Shown in pieces: positions 1-8,946 of a stretch of DNA of 64,000 nucleotides. The first letter of the stretch is position 1. The number at the start of each line of letters is the position of its first letter. The DNA is from an uncultured delta proteobacterium. GTDB lineage: Bacteria; Desulfobacterota; RBG-13-43-22. The notes beneath the pieces were generated by a model. The model saw only the letters and a list, made by a program, of their open reading frames with translations, searched no databases and was not told the origin of the DNA. Position numbers and translations under genes: made by a program. The DNA is taken from the NCBI GenBank assembly GCA_963790475.1, contig CAWBOS010000006.1:796663-860662 (forward strand). Direction: 5' to 3'.

Positions 1-2
1 AG

Positions 3-545
3 GCCGTTATGGAAGCGTTGAATCAGGTCTTGACCGAAAAGGATCTGGTGGTCTGTGACGCCAGCCTGTCCTCCGGTTGGGCCTCCGCTTATCTGAAACT
101 AAACACGACCGGGCACCGGTTCATAGCTCCAAGAGGATTGGCCGGAATAGGCTGGGGTGCCCCGGCCGCTGTTGGGGCGGCGCTGGCCGCAAACAAAGAA
201 AATAGAATTCTGACTATCGCCGGGGATGGGGGATTCAGCTACTCCGTCCAGGAACTCGAAGTCATGAGTCGATTAAAATTGCCGGTGGTCACCATTGTAC
301 TCAACAACAACGTGTTGGGCTGGATAAAGCACGCTCAGAAGTTCGGGTATCAGGAGAATTATATCTCCACCGACTTTTCCCAAGTGGATTTTGCCACCGT
401 AGCCAAAGGTTTCGGAGCAAGAGGGTATACCGTTCGTTCGCTGGGAGAATTAAAAGATTGCCTGGCCAGGGAGAAATCACCTCAGGGCCCGGCCGTCATT
501 GACGTCATAGTCGATCAATGGGAATCCCCGGTTCATCGCCTGTAA
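3..545 (+). CDS. Thiamine pyrophosphate-binding enzyme (acetolactate synthase-like), C-terminal part; 5' end outside window
   Basis: TPP-binding motif GDGG...NN (IAGDGGFSY...VLNNN); frame open to window start. Confidence 0.85.
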   Translation, partial: AVMEALNQVLTEKDLVVCDASLSSGWASAYLKLNTTGHRFIAPRGLAGIGWGAPAAVGAALAANKENRILTIAGDGGFSYSVQELEVMSRLKLPVVTIVLNNNVLGWIKHAQKFGYQENYISTDFSQVDFATVAKGFGARGYTVRSLGELKDCLAREKSPQGPAVIDVIVDQWESPVHRL

Positions 546-799
546 TCAAAATACTTGGCGCGAAAATACCGTTCGTCGTTGAGCGTTCGGCGTTCGGCGA
601 AAAGTTTTTTTTGATAGTTCGTTCGTGCACACTTCAGGCGGGGATGAGGGCTTAACAAGAAAATAGGATTTGGGTATTCCTTCCCGCTGTAGGCGGAACA
701 CAGGTCCAAGTGATTTAAATTCCATGCCTTTCACTCCGTCCTGCGGTCCTCGACCCCTTGAATCCTATTTTCATATTAATAGATAAGGGAGATTTTTAT

Positions 800-1657
800 A
801 TGGGTGAAAAGAAATTAATCGGCAAAGTGGCCATGATCACCGGCGGCGCCCGGGGACTTGGGAGGGGCTATGCCCTGCGTTTGGCCGGATTAGGGGCCGA
901 TATTGCTATTGTAGATAGGAATCTGCATTCAGCAGATGTCTATAACTTTGAGAGAAAGCAGATGACGGCCCCTACCGTCATGGAAGAGTGCCGGGCCCTC
1001 GGGGTCCGGGCGATCGGCATCGAGGCGGATTTAACGGACCGGGCCGCCACAGAAAAGGCGGTGGCCGATATTGTCGACCAGCTGGGAGGTATTGATATCG
1101 CCATCTGTAACGCTGGGGGCGGCACAGTGACTTTTGCCGATGAACGCGAACCGGAAACGGATGCCTCCGGGAAGCTGGTAGGGGGAAAGTTAAAAGATAT
1201 CGGACTGACGGGAACCCCTGCGGATTGTCCCCAGCATATGTTGACCAGAGTGCTGGATATCAACCTGATGACCTGTATGTACACCTGCATGGCCGTGGCC
1301 CCCTATATGAAAGCTCAGCGATCGGGGAAAATCGTTACCGCGTCTTCCACCGCCGGCATTCAGGCCAGGGGTGCCTACCATCCTTATGGAGTGGCTAAGG
1401 CAGCCATTATTCATTACACCCGGTCACTCGCTCAGGAGCTGGGGCCCTACAACATTAATGTGAACAGTATTGCTCCGGGCATAATACGCACCGGCAGGCT
1501 TGGCGACCGAAGCCAGTTGGCTAACCTCATACCGTTAAGAAGAGAAGGAACGATTGAAGATTGTGCCAAAGTGGTCGAGTTCCTGGTGACCGATCTTTCC
1601 GATTATGTGACCGGGAAAACAATTTCGATCGACGGGGGAGTTTGCGATCAAAGGTAA
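800..1657 (+). CDS. SDR family NAD(P)-dependent oxidoreductase
   Basis: TGGARGLG, NAG and YxxxK (YGVAK) motifs; RBS AAGGGAG before ATG 800. Confidence 0.92.
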   Translation: MGEKKLIGKVAMITGGARGLGRGYALRLAGLGADIAIVDRNLHSADVYNFERKQMTAPTVMEECRALGVRAIGIEADLTDRAATEKAVADIVDQLGGIDIAICNAGGGTVTFADEREPETDASGKLVGGKLKDIGLTGTPADCPQHMLTRVLDINLMTCMYTCMAVAPYMKAQRSGKIVTASSTAGIQARGAYHPYGVAKAAIIHYTRSLAQELGPYNINVNSIAPGIIRTGRLGDRSQLANLIPLRREGTIEDCAKVVEFLVTDLSDYVTGKTISIDGGVCDQR

Positions 1658-1780
1658 AATGACGGGAATGTATCACTAAATGGCCTTTAAAGTTTCACAA
1701 TGTGATAGTTGGCTGTTTATTTCCAAAGAGCATTGGTGCCTCTGAGGATTATTTTTCAACTTGTCTAGTAAAGGAGCTAC

Positions 1781-2788
1781 GTGATTATGGAAGAGATTTT
1801 GCCGAGGTTGTACCGAATTGTTGTTCCCCTGCCCGGGAACCCACTTAAAGAGATCAACTCTTATGTCCTCACCTCCGATGACCGGAACCTGGTCATCGAC
1901 ACCGGGATGAACCGCCCGGCCTGTAAACAGGTTCTGGAGCCGGGGCTGGAAGAACTGGGAGTGGATTTGAGGAAGACCGACTTTTTTATCACCCATTTGC
2001 ACGCCGATCATCAGGGGATGGTGGCCGGTTTGATGAGAGAGGGATCAAGGGCCTATATGGGAGAAGATGATGCTTATCGATTAAAGGCGGGCACCACCCC
2101 TCATGCCCGTCGCTCTCCCATGGGGGATTATGCCGCCCAAAGCGGTTTCCCTGACGAGGTACTCCAATCCGCCATGGTCAACCATCCCGGTTTCAAGTAT
2201 GGACCGGAATCTGTGGTCGATTACCAGATTACCCGGGCTGGAGATATTTTTAAAGTTGGGGATTATACTTTGGAAGTGGTGTCCACACCCGGACATACCT
2301 TAAGTCATGTGTGTCTGTATGAGCGGGATAAAAAGATCTTTTTCTCAGGGGACCATGTGCTGGGTGACATCACCCCCAACATTCAGAACTGGTCCGATGA
2401 AAACGATCCTCTGGACTTGTATATCAAGAGTCTGAAAAAAGTTTATGATATGGAGGTAACCTTGTGTCTTCCGGGTCATCGGAGCTTTATCAAAGACTTC
2501 AAAAAAAGGATCTTGGAATTGCTCGAACATCACCGTATCCGGGCCAATGAGGTGATTGACATCCTGGAAAAGGAAACCCTGACCGCTTACTGGACAGCCT
2601 CGAAAATGACCTGGGATATCGTGGCCAAATCCTGGGACGATTTTCCGGTCATGCAAAAATGGTTTGCAACCGCCGAAGCTATCTCCCATTTGATCTATCT
2701 GGAGAATAAGGGTCTGATCCAAAGAGAGCACAGGGACGGGCTGATCTATTTTTACAGCGATGGAAAGAAAAAATTGCAGACCGTATAA
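1781..2788 (+). CDS. MBL-fold metallo-hydrolase
   Basis: THLHADH (HxHxDH), PGHT, SGDH, PGH motifs; RBS AAGGAG. Confidence 0.92.
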   Translation: MIMEEILPRLYRIVVPLPGNPLKEINSYVLTSDDRNLVIDTGMNRPACKQVLEPGLEELGVDLRKTDFFITHLHADHQGMVAGLMREGSRAYMGEDDAYRLKAGTTPHARRSPMGDYAAQSGFPDEVLQSAMVNHPGFKYGPESVVDYQITRAGDIFKVGDYTLEVVSTPGHTLSHVCLYERDKKIFFSGDHVLGDITPNIQNWSDENDPLDLYIKSLKKVYDMEVTLCLPGHRSFIKDFKKRILELLEHHRIRANEVIDILEKETLTAYWTASKMTWDIVAKSWDDFPVMQKWFATAEAISHLIYLENKGLIQREHRDGLIYFYSDGKKKLQTV

Positions 2789-2837
2789 TGAGATATTCAC
2801 AACAACAGATTAACAGAACCGAAAAATTCTTTTTTCA

Positions 2838-2962
2838 CAGATTGCTCAAAAAGGCCCAGATACAAGGCGCCCGAAATCGTGAGGAGTGAGGCGTACAGAG
2901 AAGTACGCCGCAATGACGAGGGATGAGGGCAACGAAGTAGATGTGACTTTTTCAGCAATCTG
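2838..2962. mobile_element. MITE-like element (125 bp) with 16 bp terminal inverted repeats
   Basis: CAGATTGCTCAAAAAG ... CTTTTTCAGCAATCTG (1 mismatch); internal hairpin GCGTAC-N6-GTACGC. Confidence 0.7.
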
Positions 2963-2977
2963 ATAAGGAGTATCGTT

Positions 2978-3310
2978 ATGTTTAGCCATTTAACCTTCTC
3001 ACAACAGCAGCTTATCTATTTGGGTCTCAAAGCGCTCATCGAGAGCAAGGCCGGATACGGCTTTCTTAAAGGGGATTTGGGACACCCGGTTTATCGGGAT
3101 GGCGCCCTCGGAAAAGATGCTGAAAAGGCGGGCTACATTGATTCCCCCCAAAAGAACACTCTCTTTATCATGCTTTCTGAATTGACCGAGGAGTTGAAAA
3201 AAAGCGGGATTGAGGATATGGATTACAAGTGGTGGTATGATTTCAGTACCTGGGAAAATTTCTGCAAATTTGCCGTTGCCGTGTTTGACGGAGACAGTCC
3301 TGTCTCCTGA
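2978..3310 (+). CDS. Hypothetical protein
   Basis: 110 aa ORF with RBS AAGGAG; no recognised motif. Confidence 0.7.
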   Translation: MFSHLTFSQQQLIYLGLKALIESKAGYGFLKGDLGHPVYRDGALGKDAEKAGYIDSPQKNTLFIMLSELTEELKKSGIEDMDYKWWYDFSTWENFCKFAVAVFDGDSPVS

Positions 3311-3763
3311 TCACGATAGACAGGTATATCTTTGGAAATTATGAACCTTGAACCGGACCTGCCACTCAGACTAAAGTTAAAGAGAAATGGATGTGCCTTT
3401 TTGCATTTTCGATTTTTTGTGATGGTCTGCCTGGCGGGGGTAAAAAATATTTTTTGACCATTTCCTTCCTATTTATTAAAAGGTAATATCTCCCAGGAAA
3501 AAATATCAGCCAAGATCCCCGGCCGGAAGTTGAGGGTTCTCGGCCAGAATGATCTCCTTTTCGTCCCGACAGCTTAAAAAGAGGCGGGGTCAGGAAATAC
3601 AAAGGGGAGAGAAGAATCCTGTTTTCATTGTGGCAGGAGAACAGCCGGGACTGGATAGGGCTTATCCTCTGATAACCAATTTTCATGAGACTATCGAGGT
3701 GGAGAATCAAGAAGGAAGGGACGCTGCCTTAAAAAGGCTTTTCCAGACTCAGAGGAGAGCAAG

Positions 3764-4774
3764 GTGAGTAAAAAGATCTTAGTAGTAGTTGATGAAGAGA
3801 TCGATCGGAGGGTCATTCGACTTCATTTGGAGCGGGAAGGATGGATGGGGATCAAAGCAGTGGACGGGGTCGAGGCCCTGGGAATTCTGGAAAAGGAATC
3901 AATCGCCCTGGTGCTTTATGATATCAAGATGCCCGGGATGGACGGGATCACCTTTTTGACCCGAATAAAAGAAAAGGGGATTACGATCCCGGTGATCATG
4001 CTCTTGAGGTTTGTGGATATGGAAACAGTCACCCAAGTTCTACGAAAGGGGGCCTTTGATGTTCTGACCAAACCGATTCAGAGGGAGAGTTTGATCTTGG
4101 CAGTGAACCGGGGGGTGGAGTATCAGACGCTTTGGGAAGACAATAGAAGACTGAAAGAAGAAAATCAAAAATACCAAGAGAATCTGGAACAGGTTGAAAC
4201 GGTTTATCTGGAACTGGTCAAAACACTGGCCGAGGCCATCGAGACCAAAGATGCCTATACGCGGGGACACTGTGAACGGGTCCCTGAGTTTTCGCTTAAC
4301 ATAGCCAAAACCATGGGCCTTTCCCTTAATGAAATACGTGACATTCTCTTAGCCGGCATCCTCCATGATGTTGGAAAAATCGGCATTTCGGAAGCGATTT
4401 TGACCAAACCGGGTCCTTTGGATCAAAGGGAATGGGCGATGATTCAAGAGCACCCCGCCCTGGGACTTAACATCATTCAACATGTGGGCTTTCTGGGTAA
4501 AGCCCGGGAGATCATCGCCCAACATCATGAACGCTATGATGGGATGGGTTATCCCAAAGGATTGCAAGGGGAAGCCATACATCTGGGTGCCCGTATCCTG
4601 GCGGTGGCCGATTCTTATGATGCCATGAGTTCGGAACGTCCCTACCACCCGTCAATGAATAAGGAAACGATCATCAAAGAGATTCGTAAACAGGCAGGGC
4701 TCCAATTCGATCCCCGGGTTGTGGAAATTTTTTTAACCCTGTTAGCTCAAGAAGGAAAAGAAAAATTCGACTGA
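3764..4774 (+). CDS. Response regulator with HD-GYP cyclic dinucleotide phosphodiesterase domain
   Basis: REC domain (DIKMPGMDG, KP) followed by HDVGK and HHERYDGMGYP motifs. Confidence 0.92.
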   Translation: MSKKILVVVDEEIDRRVIRLHLEREGWMGIKAVDGVEALGILEKESIALVLYDIKMPGMDGITFLTRIKEKGITIPVIMLLRFVDMETVTQVLRKGAFDVLTKPIQRESLILAVNRGVEYQTLWEDNRRLKEENQKYQENLEQVETVYLELVKTLAEAIETKDAYTRGHCERVPEFSLNIAKTMGLSLNEIRDILLAGILHDVGKIGISEAILTKPGPLDQREWAMIQEHPALGLNIIQHVGFLGKAREIIAQHHERYDGMGYPKGLQGEAIHLGARILAVADSYDAMSSERPYHPSMNKETIIKEIRKQAGLQFDPRVVEIFLTLLAQEGKEKFD

Positions 4775-5136
4775 GTCCGGACGAATTTAAGGATTTGGTA
4801 AGCCGGGCCTTGGATGAAATCCCCGAGGAATTCCTGGAGAAGCTGGAGAATTTAGATATCTTCGTGGAAGAGGTCCCCTCCCCGGAATTATTGGAGGAAT
4901 TGGGTTTGACCGAGGAGGGCCTTCTTTTCGGATTGTATCAGGGCGTCCCCATTTCGGGAAAAAGTTTTTTCCAGGGCCAAAGCCTCCCGGACCGCATTAT
5001 AGTATTTCGACAGCCCATCCTTTCCATCTGCCGCACTGAAATTGATATCCTGCAACAAATTAAGAAGACCCTGATCCATGAAATAGCCCATCATTTCGGC
5101 CTGTCTGAAGCCAGGATACGTCATCTGGGGTATTAG
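4771..5136 (+). CDS. Zincin-like metallopeptidase (Zincin_1/DUF1025-type); start uncertain (CTG 4771 or TTG 4795)
   Basis: LFGLYQG, LPDRIIVFRQP and HEIAHHFG (HExxH) motifs. Confidence 0.85.
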   Translation: MSPDEFKDLVSRALDEIPEEFLEKLENLDIFVEEVPSPELLEELGLTEEGLLFGLYQGVPISGKSFFQGQSLPDRIIVFRQPILSICRTEIDILQQIKKTLIHEIAHHFGLSEARIRHLGY

Positions 5137-5166
5137 ACTCAACCTTAGTGGAACGATTCATTGGGC
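5137..5166 (-). other. Collapsed attC remnant closing the methyltransferase cassette
   Basis: Minus strand (CA)GCCCAAT (8/9 complement of the cassette start GTTGGGCTG) ... GTTGAGT (GTTRRRY), abutting the zincin stop. Confidence 0.5.
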
Positions 5167-5184
5167 TGTTCTTGTGCGTGCTGC

Positions 5185-5949
5185 TCATTTCTCTCCCCGT
5201 ATCATCCCCATAGTTCCCAAAATAAAAGGCGCTTTCAACAGGCGTGGGATAAAGGGCGAGTTTCTGGTTTGAATGAATTCCACATTGGCTATTCCCCAGC
5301 TCTTAATAGTGGTGATTAACGAGTCTATATCGCCGTACATATTCTTGATGAGGAACTCGTCTTGAAAAGCGAACCTGCCCCCTTTCTTAAGAACCCGCAA
5401 CGCTTCATGAATAACTTCACGTTTGTCTCTGACACCGCCGACCTCATGGAAGACGAAATTGCTCACCGCTGCATCGAAATACTCGTCAGCGAATGGCAAT
5501 GACGCGGCACTGCCTTTCTGGAACGCTACTCGGTTACTGACTCCCTCAATTGCCGCGTTGCGTTCACAGACCTTCATCGAGTAATCCCACTTCTTTCCCC
5601 AATAGTCTATTCCGAGGACGCGTGCCCTTCCGTGTCTCTGAGCCAGTTTGATGGCGAGGGCACCGTTCCCGCACCCTATGTCCAAGGCTCTCCCTTCTCC
5701 ATTCCAGTCTAAATGGTCTAACAGGAGCCTCCAAATGGATTCTTGCACATTTCCCGCTTTGGGAGAAAGCCTGAAACGAACATACGACAGAAAGGCAGCG
5801 ACCAGCAAAAAGAATACAGATGGAATCAACAGGAAAGACCATATCAGACTCGATGCCAGGAACAGGAGCGCTATTGCGAGGGGAACATAAATCATTAGTT
5901 TTGGTGTCCAATTGCCATAATCTGGATTCTCTCTGATCTGCCCGTTCAT
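5185..5949 (-). CDS. Class I SAM-dependent methyltransferase with N-terminal membrane helices (integron cassette)
   Basis: ALDIGCGNG motif I, SLPFADEYFD, LKKGG; starts just after attC R' GTTGGGC. Confidence 0.9.
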   Translation of the reverse strand: MNGQIRENPDYGNWTPKLMIYVPLAIALLFLASSLIWSFLLIPSVFFLLVAAFLSYVRFRLSPKAGNVQESIWRLLLDHLDWNGEGRALDIGCGNGALAIKLAQRHGRARVLGIDYWGKKWDYSMKVCERNAAIEGVSNRVAFQKGSAASLPFADEYFDAAVSNFVFHEVGGVRDKREVIHEALRVLKKGGRFAFQDEFLIKNMYGDIDSLITTIKSWGIANVEFIQTRNSPFIPRLLKAPFILGTMGMIRGEK

Positions 5950-5980
5950 ATGCTCCAGTCCTTCATGTTTATGTGTTGCA

Positions 5981-6037
5981 GCCCAACGTCTTCATTCAGC
6001 GGCCAGCGAAGCTGGTCCCTGGCACGAAATGTTAGGC
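5981..6037 (-). other. Integron attC site (57 bp)
   Basis: Minus strand GCCTAAC (RYYYAAC) ... central palindrome CCAGC-TTC-GCTGG ... GTTGGGC (GTTRRRY); TGCGGCCTAAC is the perfect 11 bp complement of the tsaA cassette start at 6510-6520. Confidence 0.85.
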
Positions 6038-6044
6038 CGCATCA

Positions 6045-6461
6045 TTATGAGTCTACTGATTGTGGGAGCACCGGCTTGATATCGACTACGGGCGTTCCAT
6101 CAATCGCTTCTACCGGTGTCACCTTTAATCTATTGCCAGCGATTTCGAGAACCGTAACTCGATGTAAGCCAAGTGGATTGGGTCTATCGGGAGACCGTGT
6201 CGCAAAGACGCCCGTCAGAGGCATGTTCTTGTCCCCGCGGGGGTGCAACTTCAATATGTCGCGATGAGCCTTATGAAACCATGTGATCAAAATAATTTCA
6301 TTGCCCGCTGCAATACCCTCAAGCCCCTCCGCAACCGTCGAATTTACTTCGAGCCAGGCATCGGGAGCACCTTCGTATCCCTGACGAGGTGCCGCTTCAG
6401 GATTCGTCAGTTCGGAGCGTATGACCCCTATGGGGTCGATCGTATAGATGGTTTCGGCCAT
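6045..6461 (-). CDS. tsaA: TsaA/TrmO-like SAM-binding protein (integron cassette)
   Basis: PIGVIRS, APRQG, GVFATRSPDRPNPLGL, DGTPVVDIKP motifs. Confidence 0.88.
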   Translation of the reverse strand: MAETIYTIDPIGVIRSELTNPEAAPRQGYEGAPDAWLEVNSTVAEGLEGIAAGNEIILITWFHKAHRDILKLHPRGDKNMPLTGVFATRSPDRPNPLGLHRVTVLEIAGNRLKVTPVEAIDGTPVVDIKPVLPQSVDS

Positions 6462-6517
6462 ATCTTTTTCCTATGAGATTGTCGTGCTTCTTCCTTCACC
6501 GCAGTAGATTGCGGCCT

Positions 6518-6650
6518 AACAAGTTATTCTAAAGTTCATAACTTGACAAATCTGAAGTTTCATTCGGTGAAATCAACCCCGTCCTTTGTTTTTTTTGATG
6601 ACATCAGGGTTGTTTAGCTCCTCAGATTCTTTGTAACCCATTATAAATGA
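6518..6650 (-). repeat. attI-like site, copy A
   Basis: Close homologue of 12404-12535; homology ends at the AAC/GTT where the tsaA cassette begins (GTTAGGC). Confidence 0.7.
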
Positions 6651-6687
6651 GGAGTATTTAAATAGAAATTGCGCAAAAGATCACTCT

Positions 6688-7026
6688 TCACCGGTGATTG
6701 GACACTGTGGGGGCAGGGACTAACGACGGCTTGCGATTGGTTGACTTCATTTTTTCAGGTTTCTCCATCCATGAAGGAAGTCTGGTTCCTGTTGCCTCCG
6801 CATAGAGGGTTTCGGGAGCGATATCGAGGTCATTGCCCCAGGTTAATACGCCGAGTTCTTTGTTAATCTGAAAAGCACGAAAATATTCGATGTTTTTAAA
6901 TTTTTTAAAGACACCGCCACGTTTTAAATATTTTGAAAAATCAACAACCCCGTGCTTGCCGTCATCGAAAAAAAGTTCTATTAAATAATCGCCTTTGTAC
7001 TCAGTACCGATAATATCATGAATCAT
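6688..7026 (-). CDS. DUF2442 domain protein (putative antitoxin), without its usual DUF4160 partner
   Basis: Y.IELFFDDG..GVVDF...GVF...LTW.N.LDIAPETLY pattern. Confidence 0.8.
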   Translation of the reverse strand: MIHDIIGTEYKGDYLIELFFDDGKHGVVDFSKYLKRGGVFKKFKNIEYFRAFQINKELGVLTWGNDLDIAPETLYAEATGTRLPSWMEKPEKMKSTNRKPSLVPAPTVSNHR

Positions 7027-7138
7027 GTTCTATCCTCAGCCCAAAACATAGCTTAGACGATTTTATTTTAACCCCTTCGCGTGGTCCGACCCCTATACCC
7101 CCATTTGGAATCATTCACGTCCACAGCTCGGCGGCAAA

Positions 7139-7435
7139 TTAGGGGTGAGCAAGGACCTGTATATCAGCAAGGCGTTTACCAATGTTCGCATTCGCGATTT
7201 TTAAGTCGTAAGACGCCTGAAGATTGAGCCAGTATTGCGGTGACTGGTTGAATACACACCCGAACAACAATGCCAGTTCCGCTGTCACCGGACGATCGCC
7301 CTTGACAACATGGGAAATCCGCATAGGCGATACCCCAATAGCACGCGCGAACTCAGCTTGAGATAACTTCATTTCACCTAAAATCTCTGCCAAGAACTCT
7401 CCTGGATGAATTGCAGGCAAACCATTTTCAACCGT
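7139..7435 (-). pseudogene. higA: HigA antitoxin copy 1 with start codon changed to ACG
   Basis: AIHPGEFL...HTH...YWLNLQASYDL; same length as 8413-8709, with ACG at 7433-7435 where copy 2 has ATG. Confidence 0.75.
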
Positions 7436-7462
7436 CTTTGTGTCTCCTTTAGTGATAATCAA

Positions 7463-7671
7463 GGATTTATATCAAGGAGTGCCCATATCGGGGAAAAGTT
7501 TTTTTTCAGGGACAGAGCCTTCCGGACTGGATCATCCTATTTCGACACCCCATCCTTTCAATCTGCCGCACTGAAAATGATATCCTGAAACAAATCAAGA
7601 AGACCCTGATCCATGAAATAGCCCATCACTTCGGCCTGACCGAGGCCCGGATACGTCATTTGGGGTATTAG
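7463..7671 (+). pseudogene. 3' fragment copy of the zincin gene
   Basis: Aligns by eye with ~4930-5136 through the HEIAHHFG codons to the same TATTAG end; contains indels. Confidence 0.9.
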
Positions 7672-7928
7672 AAGAATCGTTCATACTCGTTATGACTACC
7701 AACCCAGAACCACGTTAAGGTATCTTTATCCAGAACACCCAGGGCACGGTACCCAAGTGTAATCCTTACCGCCCAGATATTTTCATCCCGGTTTATGCAC
7801 TTAAAACGCAAAGAAGGATGAAAAGGATCGTCAGCCCAAAGACGATATGCCTTTTTGGCCTTGCCTCTGATTTGGCGATTGAGATTATGATAACGTTCCC
7901 AGAATGATGGTACTGTGGCAGATTTCAT
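7668..7928 (-). CDS. RelE/ParE-superfamily toxin
   Basis: DPFHPSLRFK, WAVRIT..YRALG, WFWVGSH.EYER pattern; 4 nt overlap with upstream partner. Confidence 0.8.
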   Translation of the reverse strand: MKSATVPSFWERYHNLNRQIRGKAKKAYRLWADDPFHPSLRFKCINRDENIWAVRITLGYRALGVLDKDTLTWFWVGSHNEYERFF

Positions 7929-8155
7929 AGCTTGTCGATATCCAAAGGGGTTGCCAGGCCCTCTGCAATTTCCTTACGTACTTGCCGAGCTGCTGTTACA
8001 AGATTGGTTTGAGTTCGGGAGAATGACTCATTCCACAATACTTCATCCCGAAGATCTTCGATGTATTCGCGTAAATGCTCGAGCACCCGATCCTGAGCTT
8101 GCGCCGGCAGTGTTTCAAGCATTTTAATGATTGTCATCGTTGCTTCTGAAGTCAT
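7925..8155 (-). CDS. Putative cognate antitoxin
   Basis: 76 aa acidic ORF with RBS AAGGAGG, translationally coupled to the toxin. Confidence 0.75.
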   Translation of the reverse strand: MTSEATMTIIKMLETLPAQAQDRVLEHLREYIEDLRDEVLWNESFSRTQTNLVTAARQVRKEIAEGLATPLDIDKL

Positions 8156-8179
8156 AGGTTCCTCCTTATGTTATCTATT

Positions 8180-8238
8180 TATCAACGAAAAGTTCACCGG
8201 GAGCGGTAGCGATCCGGTGGGATGAAGTATTGTGAGAT
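8180..8238 (-). other. Degenerate attC-like site preceding the TA cassette
   Basis: Minus strand ATCTCAC ... CACCGG/CCGGTG stem with central GCTACCGC ... GTTGATA; 59 bp; core boxes non-canonical. Confidence 0.5.
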
Positions 8239-8412
8239 TCATGACATTTTTTTAAAAGTATTTTGCTTAAGAGCCTTTTTTTGAAAGCAAAAAGGTGCCC
8301 TTAGCCAATTTCTTGCCTCCGTTTTCAGACAATTCTATTTTAACTCCTTCGCGTGGTCCGACTCCCCTATACCCCCATTTGGAATCATTCACGTCCACAG
8401 CTCGGCGGCAGA

Positions 8413-8709
8413 CTAGGCGTGGGCAAGGGCATGTATATCAGCAAGGCGTTTACCGATGTTCGCATTCGCGATTTTTAAGTCGTAAGACGCCTGAAGATTG
8501 AGCCAGTATTGCGGCGACTGGTTGAACACAAGCCCGAACAACAATGCCAGTTCCGCTGTCACCGGACGATCACCCTTGACAATATGAGAAATCCGCATAG
8601 GCGATATCCCGATAGCACGCGCGAACTCAGCTTGGGATAACTTCATTTCACCTAAGATCTCTGCCAAGAACTCTCCTGGATGAATTGCAAGCAAACCATT
8701 CTTAACCAT
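8413..8709 (-). CDS. higA: HigA antitoxin copy 2 (orphan)
   Basis: IHPGEFL, XRE HTH, WLNLQASYDL; RBS AAGGAG before ATG 8709. Confidence 0.88.
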   Translation of the reverse strand: MVKNGLLAIHPGEFLAEILGEMKLSQAEFARAIGISPMRISHIVKGDRPVTAELALLFGLVFNQSPQYWLNLQASYDLKIANANIGKRLADIHALAHA

Positions 8710-8722
8710 TTTTGTGTCTCCT

Positions 8723-8764
8723 TTAGTGATAGGAGACGATTTCAACATCATAAGCATCTCCGTC
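8723..8764 (-). pseudogene. higB: 3' remnant of HigB toxin
   Basis: Translates as DGDAYDVEIVSYH*, the typical HigB C-terminus; copy 1 keeps only DYH*. Confidence 0.7.
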
Positions 8765-8784
8765 GCTGCCTCTCGGTGAGGCAG

Positions 8785-8939
8785 GAAATAGGTCCTTCCC
8801 CTGAACTGTTAAAGGAATTGGGGATGTCCGACCGCGACCTTCTTTTCGGATTATATCAGGGAGTACCCATTTCGGGAAAATGTTTTTTCCAGGGCCAGAG
8901 CCTCCAGGACCGGATTATACTATTTCGACAACCTATCCT
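8785..8939 (+). pseudogene. Internal fragment copy of the zincin gene, cut next to the RAYT element
   Basis: PSPELLKELG...LLFGLYQGVPISGKCFFQGQSLQDRIILFRQPIL matches ~4870-5021. Confidence 0.9.
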
Positions 8940-8946
8940 ATAAAAT

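Noticed and set aside
684-696. CCGC-N5-GCGG mini-palindromes (also 40755-40767, 42794-42810) as a repeat family
   Set aside because: Too short to separate from chance without genome-wide counts.
3549-3767. 72 aa ORF overlapping the HD-GYP start
   Set aside because: No recognisable motif or clear RBS; may be a gene remnant but cannot be supported.
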